From: a virus
DNA length: 64,000 nucleotides
IMG/VR virus record: IMGVR_UViG_3300008448_000066
Location: 4,804 to 68,803 of that record
Direction: 5' to 3' (one strand)
Under the pieces are notes generated by a model. It had not been told where the DNA came from. It saw only the letters and a program-made list of their open reading frames with translations, and ran no database searches. The position numbers and the translations under genes were made by a program. Of this stretch, positions 11,642-22,291 are shown in pieces. How positions within the stretch are numbered: the first letter of the stretch is position 1; every line of letters starts with the position of its first letter.

Positions 11642-12796
11642 ATGGCTACCTTTTTTGATTTTAAAGAAGAAGTATTAGATTTTGAACTAACCTCATATGG
11701 CAAGCTACTTTTATCCAAGGGAATGCTTAAGCCATCTTATTATTCTTTTCACGATGAAACTGTAATATACGATAAAAAATATGCAGGCATAGCAGACAAC
11801 ACCCAAAATAATATAGAGCCAAGAATACAAGAAGAAACACCAATGCTTAAAGTATTGGCAAACGACTTCAGCATTGAAACAGCAAGAAAAGAAAAATTAA
11901 ACATAGAAGAAAAAAAGTTATATTCTAAACTCTTTTCTCTTTCTACTGCTCCAACACAAATTCAAAATGCTCCAAGTTGGAATGTTGTAGCACTAAAAAA
12001 CACTTTATTATCTGCAAGCTATACAACAACAAGCACAACTGGACAAAATTTTAATATCCCTCAGTTGTTCTTCTCTTGTTCTTACAAGGAAGAAATAAGG
12101 CTTGATAAACAATATTTACAAGTTGTTAAAGACTATGGTTTAAATTCTTTTAACGATGATACAATTACTCTTGAAAATTCACCATTTGGTAGTTTTTCAA
12201 TTGATGGTATTTCAATAACAACTTTAGAACAAAAATCAGAAGTTGATAAAAAATTCAATACATTTTTAGTTTCTAAACATTTTCAAGATGGAACAATATA
12301 CACAATTGAAGAAGATGAAATTATAATTGATTTAACGCAAGAAAATGTTGGAATTGAAGAAGAATATGAAATTGAAATTTTTAAATATGAAAAAGATAAA
12401 AATGGAAATGAAATAGTTGTTCCTCTTGATTTTATAATGAAAGAGAATGAAATGATTGTTGATGATCTTCTGGTTGATGTTGATGAACAATTTAAGATAT
12501 TAAACTTTGATAAAAATAAAGTTGAATATTATTTCAATCTAACAACAGATCAAGAAATAGATCAAAAACTTATATGCAATATAATACAACCATTAACAAA
12601 AAATAAAGGTATTAACAACAACCTTAGATGTAAAAATGCAGATGGACGAATCTCTACTGACGGTTTGTATAACAATAATTTAGTTGGTGGTTCAAATGTT
12701 ACTAGTGATGGTGCTAATGGTGGTGTATTGATCAATACAGATAACCAAACGGGAGTCTTAGATCCAACTAAAAGTGATGGTATAGTTATTTGCTAA
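11642..12796 (+). CDS. Putative baseplate/virion structural protein, N-terminal paralog of 18638..19552
   Basis: 384-aa ORF; N-terminus LDFELTSYGKLLLSKG...YSFHDETVIYD aligns by eye with LDAVLTDTGRARLARG...FAFADDEINY. Confidence 0.55.
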   Translation: MATFFDFKEEVLDFELTSYGKLLLSKGMLKPSYYSFHDETVIYDKKYAGIADNTQNNIEPRIQEETPMLKVLANDFSIETARKEKLNIEEKKLYSKLFSLSTAPTQIQNAPSWNVVALKNTLLSASYTTTSTTGQNFNIPQLFFSCSYKEEIRLDKQYLQVVKDYGLNSFNDDTITLENSPFGSFSIDGISITTLEQKSEVDKKFNTFLVSKHFQDGTIYTIEEDEIIIDLTQENVGIEEEYEIEIFKYEKDKNGNEIVVPLDFIMKENEMIVDDLLVDVDEQFKILNFDKNKVEYYFNLTTDQEIDQKLICNIIQPLTKNKGINNNLRCKNADGRISTDGLYNNNLVGGSNVTSDGANGGVLINTDNQTGVLDPTKSDGIVIC

Positions 12797-12808
12797 GGAA
12801 TAATAAAA

Positions 12809-15484
12809 ATGGCTAATTTATTACCAAAAATAATATTTGATAAAATAACATTAACTAGTGATAATTCAAAAGCATTAGTCGTAGACGATCCTCATGTACA
12901 AAGTTCTTTAGAGGGAACATATAAAAGAGGAACAAATGTATTTTCTATGGCTGTTAATCTATCTGCTTTTGATGTAGGTGATGAACTTGCAGAATCTGGT
13001 TGGTTGTCATTTTTGACAGAATTTCAACAATACTTGTCATATATTAAAGTTGCTTTTGCAATAACTTACAAAAAAAGTGATGCAGACAATTTTAATTCTA
13101 ATATAGCTAAAAATGATATATCACTTCCATACTCAATAATTGTTAAGTCAAAAAAAGAATCAGAAAAACTAATATCAAAGGGAACTAACCGCATTCGTGC
13201 ATACCCCGGTGGAATCTCTTATGGCACATTTGGATTTGAATCTTTACAAAAAAAAGAATTAAATTTATCTTCTTTTTTAGATGCCAATAACAACTATAAA
13301 GTTCCAATAAATTTTACTGTTTACGATATACCAAAAAATATTGAACATTTAGAAATTTTTGCTTTTCCATATTTAGATGTTTTAGATGATAAAACACTTA
13401 ATTTAGAAGTTACCCAAGCGTTGGCTAAATTATCTGAAACATTAGAAACACCATATGGCTACTCTTTTAATGTAATAAAAAATTCAGAAGTTCAAAAATT
13501 AGAAATTATAAACAACTCAATTATAACAGATGATGTTGTTAAGTTAAAACTTAAATTACCTAAAGATAATATTATAGACAAGTTGAATCTAACTTATAAT
13601 TCTAACTTAAAAAGAAATTCAATATCTGAACTTTACGAATCTAAGAGCGAAGAAAATCAACAAACTTTATTCTTTTTTATAAATAAAAATAAATTAAAGT
13701 TAGATAATTCAATTTTTTCAAACTCTTTTAAAAATAGAGAACAAATTCCACAATCTGTTTTGAATGTTTTGAGTAGTTCTTATTTTGAAATTCAATTAGT
13801 AAAAACTGAAATAAATGAGAATGATGAAAAAATAACAAAGAGTAACAAATACTTAAACGTTATAAATTACAGCTTAAGTACTGATGTAGTAAATATTGAT
13901 TATAAATTTAATTTTATACCAAACGTATTTGAAAATATAGATTTGTATTATTTTACACAACAATCTAAAGATGAATACAATATAAATACAACATATGGCT
14001 TGAGTATTAATTTATTTGATTCGTTAGTTGATAAATTAAGAGAATATAATAGCGTATTATTAAAAAATTTGAGTTCGTTAAGAGATTATTATGAATTTAT
14101 AAATAAACCAGTTTCATCTGGTGGGTTCTATGATTTAAATACAAATAGTATAAAAAACATACAAGTTCTTCAAACTATGTTTTCCACTATCAATCAAAAT
14201 TCAAGTAATAAATTTTATGTTCCAAATCCAAATACAGCAAAACAACCAGCTTTGTTGTTTTCAGAACAAATAACAAAATCATTTATAGATTCTTTAAGTT
14301 ATGTAAAAGATCTTTTTAATTTAAATGTTGACATACCTAATTTAGAAATTGTGATTAAAAATTCTTTGATACCAGAACTAACAAACTTAGAAGGAATACA
14401 ATTTGTCATTAACTTACATGAAAATTTGATTGAAAATTTGTCACCAATTTTAAATAAAATTAAAAACTCACAATCAAAAAAAGCTAACAAAAATGGTGTA
14501 AGCAATCCAAATAGTGGTACAGGAGGCAAATTTTTTGTTACTCTAGAACATCAGTTTGTTTACAAATCAAAAACAACATTTTATAATGATTTTAAAAATA
14601 ATAATTTATTACTTACTATTTTTCAAAATCTTAATTTTATAATTGAAAATAGTGAATATCCAAAAATTACTTCCTTTTCTAATGTTCCAACTCAAGCATT
14701 TTACCCACAAAATGTAAAACTGTACAATAGGGAGTTGCAGATTAGAAGTACCACACCGGCATTGGATTCTGCTTATACAGACTCAGCAAAGTTTCTTTTT
14801 ATGTTTTATAATGATTTAATCAAGAATTCTGTTTCTACTGAAAGTTCTTTTGAATTTTCAAAAGACTTAGATGATATAAATTATGATTCTGTCTCTTCCG
14901 TATTGGCAAGTAAGTTTAACATTATATCAACTGATATATTGTTAGATGATTCAACGGCACAACAACAAATACAAAACTTTTCTTATAAATCTCTGACTAA
15001 GTTTGATAGTAATTCTGGTATTGAACAAGTAGAAGAAGATTCCTCGTTTGCAACAGATAAATCTGATCTAATTACAAGACAGCTTGAAACAAGAGATAAT
15101 CGATTAAGTCCTAACAATTTTAACACTTTTGGCGTCGGTGCAAAAAAAGACATTAAGCAATCTTTGATAAACAAGAATTTGTCTCAAATCGCAGATAGTG
15201 TTGATTATTTGATATATAATATTGCTCTAAAAAATTTAAATATAAATATCAATCAACAAACATCAGTACAACTATTTTTACCATTGTTCAAAATTCAAAT
15301 ACTTAAATCATTTGACTCAAATATATTATCAGCACCTGTATGGGAAGATTTAGGACAATCTACAAATTTAACTGGTATAAAAATGGCAAGAATAATTTTT
15401 ACACGACCAAACGATGAATATGTTAGAAAAGCCTTGAAAAATTTTGAATATCCAAATAAATACTTTATAATAGGAACTCCATAA
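12809..15484 (+). CDS. Hypothetical protein (891 aa), probably virion-associated
   Basis: Long ORF with AAGGA Shine-Dalgarno, Asn/Lys/Ile-rich, located in the baseplate block. No recognisable motif. Confidence 0.5.
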   Translation: MANLLPKIIFDKITLTSDNSKALVVDDPHVQSSLEGTYKRGTNVFSMAVNLSAFDVGDELAESGWLSFLTEFQQYLSYIKVAFAITYKKSDADNFNSNIAKNDISLPYSIIVKSKKESEKLISKGTNRIRAYPGGISYGTFGFESLQKKELNLSSFLDANNNYKVPINFTVYDIPKNIEHLEIFAFPYLDVLDDKTLNLEVTQALAKLSETLETPYGYSFNVIKNSEVQKLEIINNSIITDDVVKLKLKLPKDNIIDKLNLTYNSNLKRNSISELYESKSEENQQTLFFFINKNKLKLDNSIFSNSFKNREQIPQSVLNVLSSSYFEIQLVKTEINENDEKITKSNKYLNVINYSLSTDVVNIDYKFNFIPNVFENIDLYYFTQQSKDEYNINTTYGLSINLFDSLVDKLREYNSVLLKNLSSLRDYYEFINKPVSSGGFYDLNTNSIKNIQVLQTMFSTINQNSSNKFYVPNPNTAKQPALLFSEQITKSFIDSLSYVKDLFNLNVDIPNLEIVIKNSLIPELTNLEGIQFVINLHENLIENLSPILNKIKNSQSKKANKNGVSNPNSGTGGKFFVTLEHQFVYKSKTTFYNDFKNNNLLLTIFQNLNFIIENSEYPKITSFSNVPTQAFYPQNVKLYNRELQIRSTTPALDSAYTDSAKFLFMFYNDLIKNSVSTESSFEFSKDLDDINYDSVSSVLASKFNIISTDILLDDSTAQQQIQNFSYKSLTKFDSNSGIEQVEEDSSFATDKSDLITRQLETRDNRLSPNNFNTFGVGAKKDIKQSLINKNLSQIADSVDYLIYNIALKNLNININQQTSVQLFLPLFKIQILKSFDSNILSAPVWEDLGQSTNLTGIKMARIIFTRPNDEYVRKALKNFEYPNKYFIIGTP

Positions 15485-15488
15485 CATT

Positions 15489-18400
15489 ATGTCTTTTACA
15501 GGAATATCAAAAACAAATTATATTGTTTCTCAAGGCTCTTATGGAAATCCACAAGATATAAGAGATAGATTTATTCAAAGATTATTTGTTGATAATGGTC
15601 TTTTGTTACAATTAAAATTATTTGATGCTATTATACCCGAATTAAACGCTCAAGGGATCACCACAAACGAAGGTGAAAAATTAAGGAACCAATTAAGAGA
15701 AGAATTGCGACAACAATCACAAAATAATAATTTATCACAAGGTATTGTTGGAACAGGTCAAGATGGGCTTGTTGGTTCAATTGGTCCACAAGTAATTTTT
15801 GATGGTAGTAGTAATGTTTCTCAAATAACAATAGATAACAATCAACTTCAAACACTAAACATAACGACACCAACTATACAATTATTAAACGATATATCTT
15901 CATCTGCTGTACCAGATATAGTAGATTCAAACTTATTTACAAACGATAGAGTTGGTAAAGATATTAATCTAATTGACGACTATGAATTAATTTTACAACA
16001 AATTGATGCTGATGTACAAAATATTAAAAATTTTGATGATTTTGCTGCTTTATTATTTAAAATTGGTGGGAATATAGCTGATCCAATAAAATCAATAAGA
16101 GGAAATTATTTCATTATTGTTAATAATACTGTTGAAAGAATAAAGCCAACAGATTTAATTTCACAACTTTTTGAGGTAGCATCCTATAAAGTTAGTTCTC
16201 AACAAAAAAATCCTCCTCCAAGAGAAATAGAATTAAAGCATAGAAAATATTATGCCATGTATCCAAATATACCAAAATTTATAAATTTATTATCGACATA
16301 TTTTAATAAATTTATACTTAATTCTTATTATTCTACTTCTTTAATTGTAAGATTATCAAGAGCTTGTTTAAAATATGTATTAAATAAATCTTTGCTTAAT
16401 AGAAGAACTTATGAGGAATATGCTTTTTCTTATCAAACTCCTTTAGAGGCTGATCTAGTACAAAAAACTAATTTTGGTAATTCTTTGTTTTATGACGTAA
16501 AAACAGAATACAATTTTTATAGTCAACTTTATGAAGAAACAATAAAGTCAAATAATGTGTCTGAAACATTGCTTCCAAATTTATATTTAGTAACTCACCC
16601 TTCTGTATCGGAAAATAAAGACGGATTACCACTTGAGCATGTAACTTTGAAAAAAAATATGATTCCAAGATACGATCAATTTTACTTTGAAAATTGGGCC
16701 AAAGCAGTAAGTAAAATTACAGATATTAACAGTTTGCAATCGTTAAAATCTTCTATGACTAATATTGGTATACAAAGACAAGATTTTATAACATTATCTG
16801 ATAAAAATCTTGATAGAGAAGATTTTCCAATGTATACAACTATAAATTTTTCTACAACAAACGTAGATGATAAATATAGTTTTATTGATGTTATAAACAA
16901 AGATCCATTTGTAGTACGTGCATTTTCATATGGTTTTTCAAACTTTTCTGTTCCTAATTTTATAAATACTCTTGAAACTCGTTTATTTAATAACCTACAT
17001 GATAATCCAACTTTGATTGAACAAGGAATCAAAATCATTAAACAAAATGAGTTTATAACTGTGCAGAGTGTTTATAGTTCAAGTACAAAGCCTTTAATTT
17101 GTTTTGGATTAAATATGGAATTAGGCGCAGTATTAGAATACACAGGCAGTCCTATTAGAGATTATTTTTTTACAGCAAAAGATAATAAATCAAATGATTT
17201 ATTTACTTTTTTAAATCCTCTTGAGTTTAGTAACAACGGTATTTCTAATAGATCAAGACTTGTAGAACTTATTGAAAGAACAAAACAAGATCAAAACAAA
17301 ATAAATTATTTTAGCAATCGTCGTATTGATTTATTTAATCCACCAAAAGAAATACAGAACTCAGAAACAATGTTATATAGAATAGCAAAATATCGTGTTT
17401 CTTTTGTTAATGGACAAAAAACAAGACAATTAATACAAAATTATTATGTTCCAAATTTTTCTGATGTTGCAAACTTTTCAATGTACGATACTCAAATAAA
17501 ATATGGATTTAGTTATGAATACGAAGCAACTGCATTGCAACTGTTCTTTTCCAATACCTATACCTATTATCCAATTATAAAAGAAGAATTTCCATCGGGA
17601 CGTACCCCAGTTCTTATAACAGATAATGGTGCTAGTCTAGAGGTTACTACTGCTGTTGAACCAACTCGCGTAGGAGATCAAAATTTTATTTATAGTAATC
17701 CAGTTAAATATACAATAGGTTCATTCAAAAATGTAGAAATTTCTACACCATATGTGTTTTTCTTTCTTAACGATATGAATACGCTTGATAATATTTCATT
17801 TTTAAAACTTATGGAAACTCCATATTTTACAAAACAAATACTTGTGAGAGATAGTCCACCAATCACACCAGATGTAAGTGTCGTATTTTTTAAAGATGTA
17901 TCAAATGTAGTTAAATTTATGTTTAATTCTCAAACTGGCTTAAAGTATGAAGAGCCAATCATAGTGGAAAATGCAGATAAACAAATGTTCGATACTATCA
18001 AACTAGCACAAGAAAGATATGAAGAAAAAACAATAAAGTTTGAATCAGAAGACCCACCATCTTACTTTGAAGTATATAAACTAACAACAAAACCAACAAG
18101 TTATAAAGATTTTCAAGGCTCAAGAGTTTATCAAGTTTTACCAAAGTTTGAAAGTTTTGCTGGTGATGTTGTAGATTTAATAATACCAAATACAAAAAAT
18201 TATTATATGTTTAGAGTAGTAGACGTACACAATCAAGTATCTAATCCAACTTCTTGTTTTGAAATTGAAATTGTTAACGATAATGGTAAAGTTTATCCAA
18301 TATTAAACATAATAGATTTAAAACCAAAACCAGAAGAAGAAAACAAAACCAAAAAATTAAAAAGATTCTTACACATTAAACCATCAACAAATCAAAAAGA

Positions 18401-18593
18401 AATAAGATATCAAAACAATAATGATTCATCTGCTCTAACAAACAAAATAGATATTGGTGCAAATGATTCTGTATGGGGAAGAAAGTTTAAAATTCGTGTT
18501 AAATCTAAGTTATCGAATAAAGTAGTGGATTTAAATGTGACTTTTGATAAACAACATATAATTTCAAAAGATGAAAAAGATTTAACATCTTAA
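15489..18593 (+). CDS. Hypothetical virion protein (1034 aa) with possible fibronectin-III-like C-terminal domains
   Basis: FN3-like strands YDTQIKYGFSYEYEATA and DLIIPNTKNYYMFRVVDVHNQVSNP. Confidence 0.5.
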   Translation: MSFTGISKTNYIVSQGSYGNPQDIRDRFIQRLFVDNGLLLQLKLFDAIIPELNAQGITTNEGEKLRNQLREELRQQSQNNNLSQGIVGTGQDGLVGSIGPQVIFDGSSNVSQITIDNNQLQTLNITTPTIQLLNDISSSAVPDIVDSNLFTNDRVGKDINLIDDYELILQQIDADVQNIKNFDDFAALLFKIGGNIADPIKSIRGNYFIIVNNTVERIKPTDLISQLFEVASYKVSSQQKNPPPREIELKHRKYYAMYPNIPKFINLLSTYFNKFILNSYYSTSLIVRLSRACLKYVLNKSLLNRRTYEEYAFSYQTPLEADLVQKTNFGNSLFYDVKTEYNFYSQLYEETIKSNNVSETLLPNLYLVTHPSVSENKDGLPLEHVTLKKNMIPRYDQFYFENWAKAVSKITDINSLQSLKSSMTNIGIQRQDFITLSDKNLDREDFPMYTTINFSTTNVDDKYSFIDVINKDPFVVRAFSYGFSNFSVPNFINTLETRLFNNLHDNPTLIEQGIKIIKQNEFITVQSVYSSSTKPLICFGLNMELGAVLEYTGSPIRDYFFTAKDNKSNDLFTFLNPLEFSNNGISNRSRLVELIERTKQDQNKINYFSNRRIDLFNPPKEIQNSETMLYRIAKYRVSFVNGQKTRQLIQNYYVPNFSDVANFSMYDTQIKYGFSYEYEATALQLFFSNTYTYYPIIKEEFPSGRTPVLITDNGASLEVTTAVEPTRVGDQNFIYSNPVKYTIGSFKNVEISTPYVFFFLNDMNTLDNISFLKLMETPYFTKQILVRDSPPITPDVSVVFFKDVSNVVKFMFNSQTGLKYEEPIIVENADKQMFDTIKLAQERYEEKTIKFESEDPPSYFEVYKLTTKPTSYKDFQGSRVYQVLPKFESFAGDVVDLIIPNTKNYYMFRVVDVHNQVSNPTSCFEIEIVNDNGKVYPILNIIDLKPKPEEENKTKKLKRFLHIKPSTNQKEIRYQNNNDSSALTNKIDIGANDSVWGRKFKIRVKSKLSNKVVDLNVTFDKQHIISKDEKDLTS

Positions 18594-18613
18594 TTTGTTT
18601 TTAATTTTTCATA

Positions 18614-18620
18614 CTATTTA
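18614..18620 (+). promoter_or_regulatory. CTATTTA putative late promoter (representative copy)
   Basis: The same heptamer precedes many structural genes (see findings); this copy ends 17 nt before ATG 18638. Confidence 0.6.
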
Positions 18621-18637
18621 AATGAGAGGTAATAATA

Positions 18638-19552
18638 ATGGCATTTTTAGATAACAGCGGCGACATTATCCTTGATGCCGTTCTAACTGATACAGGCAGA
18701 GCCAGATTAGCTAGGGGTGATGGTACATTCCAGATTGCAAAGTTTGCTTTTGCTGATGATGAAATCAATTATCGTTTGTATGACAAAAATAGTGCAAGCG
18801 GTTCTGCTTATTATGACCTCAGTATCTTACAAACACCAATTCTTGAAGCATTTACAAACAATACTTCAACAATGAAAAATTTGCTTCTATCAATCACAAG
18901 AACTAACTTGCTTTATCTACCAGTAATGAAGATTAACGCAAACGGAGCAGGCACTCCCGGTGTAGATGCTGGTTCAAGATTAAGCACACTAAATTCATTT
19001 TATGTTGGTGTTGATACAGACACAAAAACTGCTCTATCTACAACTCAAGGATTTTTGGATGGTGTTGAGTTATCAACGTTACCAATAAGAATAGATCAAG
19101 GTTTAGACACATCAGAAATTCCTCCATTTTTTGGAATTGATGCAGATCTAAATGAAACTCAATATATTATTGAAATTGATAATAGATTGGGTAGAATTTA
19201 TAGCAAATCTGGCGCACAAGGAACACTATCGTTTATAGATGATGACAATATCGCCACTTATTTCGTAACAAATACAGATTTTATAACACCAATTGGTATT
19301 CCACCAACTAATACGGCTACCACAGCCTTACAAACCAATCACGTTATTCAAGGCCCAAGAGGAACCGCATTATTATTTAAGATTCAAGCTTCAATTGAAT
19401 TAAACTCTTCAACTTTCTTGTTCAACACACTTGGTAGTACTACAACAGTTGGCTCTACTAGTTGTTACTATATTGATTCAAATGTGAGAGTTAGAGGCGC
19501 AACCACTGGATTTACACTAGACGTTCCAGTTAGATTTCTAAAGAAGGTATAA
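18638..19552 (+). CDS. Virion structural (baseplate/fibre-attachment) protein
   Basis: GAGG SD and upstream CTATTTA. N-terminus MAFLDNSGDIILDAVLTDTGRARLARGDG resembles the start of tail-collar/fibre-attachment domains. Confidence 0.6.
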   Translation: MAFLDNSGDIILDAVLTDTGRARLARGDGTFQIAKFAFADDEINYRLYDKNSASGSAYYDLSILQTPILEAFTNNTSTMKNLLLSITRTNLLYLPVMKINANGAGTPGVDAGSRLSTLNSFYVGVDTDTKTALSTTQGFLDGVELSTLPIRIDQGLDTSEIPPFFGIDADLNETQYIIEIDNRLGRIYSKSGAQGTLSFIDDDNIATYFVTNTDFITPIGIPPTNTATTALQTNHVIQGPRGTALLFKIQASIELNSSTFLFNTLGSTTTVGSTSCYYIDSNVRVRGATTGFTLDVPVRFLKKV

Positions 19553-19554
19553 CA

Positions 19555-20568
19555 ATGGCTACAACATATAAAACATTTTCTGCTACCGACGTTGCAACTA
19601 CAAAAACATTGTTAAACGAGTCAATCCCAATAACTGGCTCTATTGCTTCTGGCACATATTCTGATAGTAATATCAAGAATTACTCTCACCAAATGTTTCA
19701 ATCAGTTTATGATTATCCTTATTTAAGCTCTTCAGCTAATCATATTTTTGATATTACATTTGGTCATTCATCTGCATCTGCTTTAAGTGGAACATCTGCT
19801 ACACACGTAGCGGTAACAAAAAAAATAAATATTTATAATCAATTTGCACAACTTTTAGTTGGTTATGATGCAACTGGTAGTATACTTAGATTTGATCAAG
19901 ATGGTGACTTAACTGGTGGTACAAAACATGATAACTTATTCTTTTTGGCATTCTCAAGATTGTTAGTAAAAGATGAAATTAAAAAAGGTTCTTTTCAACT
20001 ATCATTAGGTACTGGTTCTAGCACGACTCCATTTTCTGGTATTAGAACTTTATATGATGCTGGTGCTGCAACTGAGTATCGAATAAACTCACCAGCAGGA
20101 GAATATGGTTTACTCTACACTAACTCGGCTGGTACTGGTACGCCTGTTGGTCTTGTATACTACCAAGCTGGTATAGCTGCATTTACATCTTCTATGTTTC
20201 CAACAGCATCATTTAGTGGAAGTTTTTCATTAAGCGCATCGCTATCCGGCAATAACCAACAAGAAATAGCTAATCAATTTAGAAAAAGATTATATAATAT
20301 TCAATTTAATAATACTACAGAACTAAATTCAACAATTTATTTCTGTCGTGCAAATCACAATGAGTTTAATTATTCATCAAATCCAACTTATGTTTCTTCA
20401 AGTAAGATTGTTGTCAAGAATACCTCAACCGACGCACCAGTTTCTTATGTAACTACAGTCGGTCTATATTCCGCAGATAACGAACTATTAGCAGTAGCTA
20501 AACTATCAGAACCATTAAAGAAAGACCCAACAAACGAACTAACAGTCCGTGTAAGATTGGATTATTAA
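19555..20568 (+). CDS. Virion structural protein (baseplate region)
   Basis: C-terminal EFNYSSNPTY...YVTTVGLYSADNELLAVAKLSEPLKK...VRLDY motif, paralogous to the next gene. Confidence 0.6.
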   Translation: MATTYKTFSATDVATTKTLLNESIPITGSIASGTYSDSNIKNYSHQMFQSVYDYPYLSSSANHIFDITFGHSSASALSGTSATHVAVTKKINIYNQFAQLLVGYDATGSILRFDQDGDLTGGTKHDNLFFLAFSRLLVKDEIKKGSFQLSLGTGSSTTPFSGIRTLYDAGAATEYRINSPAGEYGLLYTNSAGTGTPVGLVYYQAGIAAFTSSMFPTASFSGSFSLSASLSGNNQQEIANQFRKRLYNIQFNNTTELNSTIYFCRANHNEFNYSSNPTYVSSSKIVVKNTSTDAPVSYVTTVGLYSADNELLAVAKLSEPLKKDPTNELTVRVRLDY

Positions 20569-20589
20569 ACTAAACTAAAGGTTTATGTT

Positions 20590-21747
20590 GTGTCATATTA
20601 CAAATTTAAAAGCCACGACATTCTCATAAACAACTTAAAAACTTTCCCATCTTATAACTTTTATGTTTATGATGGGAAAGTTTATCTTGATAATAAGCCA
20701 AGAATTTCTGGTTCATTTACAAATGATATTGGATTAATTCCAACTGGACATTTAAGTTTGTATGAAATAAACGTTGATAGGAATACTAATCAAACTGGTT
20801 TAATTTATCCATTTATGACCAAGGATAATGCAAGAGAAGGTTTTGATTCTGTCAGTAGCACTTCGTTTAATACCCTTGGATTTGGTGATATTATAACTGG
20901 TTCTTATTTGTTGTCCTCTTCTTTAAGTAGAGATTTTTATACTACTGGTGAAACTAGAAGTAGAATTGATGCTTTAAGAAATACAATTGATTATTATAAA
21001 AAATATTCACAAAGATTTAGTTATTCCTCAAGTTATTTTGATTTTTCAAATGAAAAAATAAATCTTCTAAGTGTACCATCAATTTTTTATGGTGAACAAA
21101 TAAAAAAAGGTTCAATAATATTAAAATATTTTATTACAGGAACCCTTATTGCACAAGCAGAAGATACAAAAAGAAATGGTGAATTAATACAGACTTTACC
21201 TGTTGGTTCTCCCGGTTCTGGTTCTGTTATTGGTTTGTGTTTGTATAATGAAGGATTTTTATTATTAACTTCCTCAACTGCTCTTGATGCAACAACAAAC
21301 GATTATGGCCCAGAAAATGGAAATCCAAGTTGGATTTATTTTGGAACTCACATAAGCGGTAATGTTGATTATAGTGGTATTTCAATTGGACAAGAGAGTT
21401 ATTCAATTTATTTTGAAGGTATCAATACCGTACCAACGATGACAATGTTTATGAATGCGCCAAAAAATGAATTAAATAATTCAAGCAATCCAACGTTTAA
21501 ATCATACACAACTGCTTCTTTATTTACAACATCTTCAAATTCATTTATTGAAACACAAAGAGAAATAAAGAATACAGTTTATTCACAATATGCAGATCCA
21601 ACGGGTTCATTTGAAAAACATACTTATATTACAAGAATTAATGTTTATGATGAAAATAAAAATTTAATTGGTATTGCAAAAGTTTCAAAACCAGTTAAAA
21701 AAACAGAAGGTCGTGACTTAACGTTCAAAGTAAAACTGGACCTATAA
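20590..21747 (+). CDS. Virion structural protein (baseplate region), paralog of 19555..20568
   Basis: TTG start; IKKGS motif and C-terminal ELNNSSNPTF...YITRINVYDENKNLIGIAKVSKPVKK...VKLDL shared with the previous gene. Confidence 0.6.
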   Translation: MSYYKFKSHDILINNLKTFPSYNFYVYDGKVYLDNKPRISGSFTNDIGLIPTGHLSLYEINVDRNTNQTGLIYPFMTKDNAREGFDSVSSTSFNTLGFGDIITGSYLLSSSLSRDFYTTGETRSRIDALRNTIDYYKKYSQRFSYSSSYFDFSNEKINLLSVPSIFYGEQIKKGSIILKYFITGTLIAQAEDTKRNGELIQTLPVGSPGSGSVIGLCLYNEGFLLLTSSTALDATTNDYGPENGNPSWIYFGTHISGNVDYSGISIGQESYSIYFEGINTVPTMTMFMNAPKNELNNSSNPTFKSYTTASLFTTSSNSFIETQREIKNTVYSQYADPTGSFEKHTYITRINVYDENKNLIGIAKVSKPVKKTEGRDLTFKVKLDL

Positions 21748-21748
21748 T

Positions 21749-22291
21749 ATGAATACAAAACCAACTTATTTAGGTGTTGACATTAGCACCTCTAAAATAG
21801 GCATTGCTCTTATAGACGAAGATAAAAAAGTTTTAGTTAGTGAAGTAATAAAACTAAAACCAGAAAACAGTTTAGAAGATCGTGCTCTAATGTTTGAGAA
21901 CAAACTATTAAAATTACAGAAGTATTATTATATCTCAGATATCTTTGTGGAAGAAGCTTTTATTGCTTTTGGTGGTGGTAAAACAACCGCACAAACAATG
22001 GCTAAACTTCAAAGATTTAACGGTATGTGTTGTTATGTAATACGAAAAGTATTTGAACGAGATTCAGTTCCAGTAGCCGTTAGAAGTGCAAGAAGTAAAT
22101 TAGGAATCAAGATACCAAAAGGCGTAAAAGATAAAGACGCTAAACAAGTTATTATTGAATGGGCTACATCAAACTTTCAAGATTTTAAATATGATGTTAC
22201 TGCACACGGCAATCCTTTGCCCGGTACAGACGATAGAGCAGACGCATTAGTAATAGCTGTTTATGGTTTAGATAGCCTAATTAATGTATGA
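21749..22291 (+). CDS. ruvC: RuvC-like Holliday junction resolvase
   Basis: RNase H-fold motifs LGVDISTSKIGIA, IFVEE and C-terminal DDRADALVIA carrying the acidic catalytic residues. Confidence 0.8.
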   Translation: MNTKPTYLGVDISTSKIGIALIDEDKKVLVSEVIKLKPENSLEDRALMFENKLLKLQKYYYISDIFVEEAFIAFGGGKTTAQTMAKLQRFNGMCCYVIRKVFERDSVPVAVRSARSKLGIKIPKGVKDKDAKQVIIEWATSNFQDFKYDVTAHGNPLPGTDDRADALVIAVYGLDSLINV

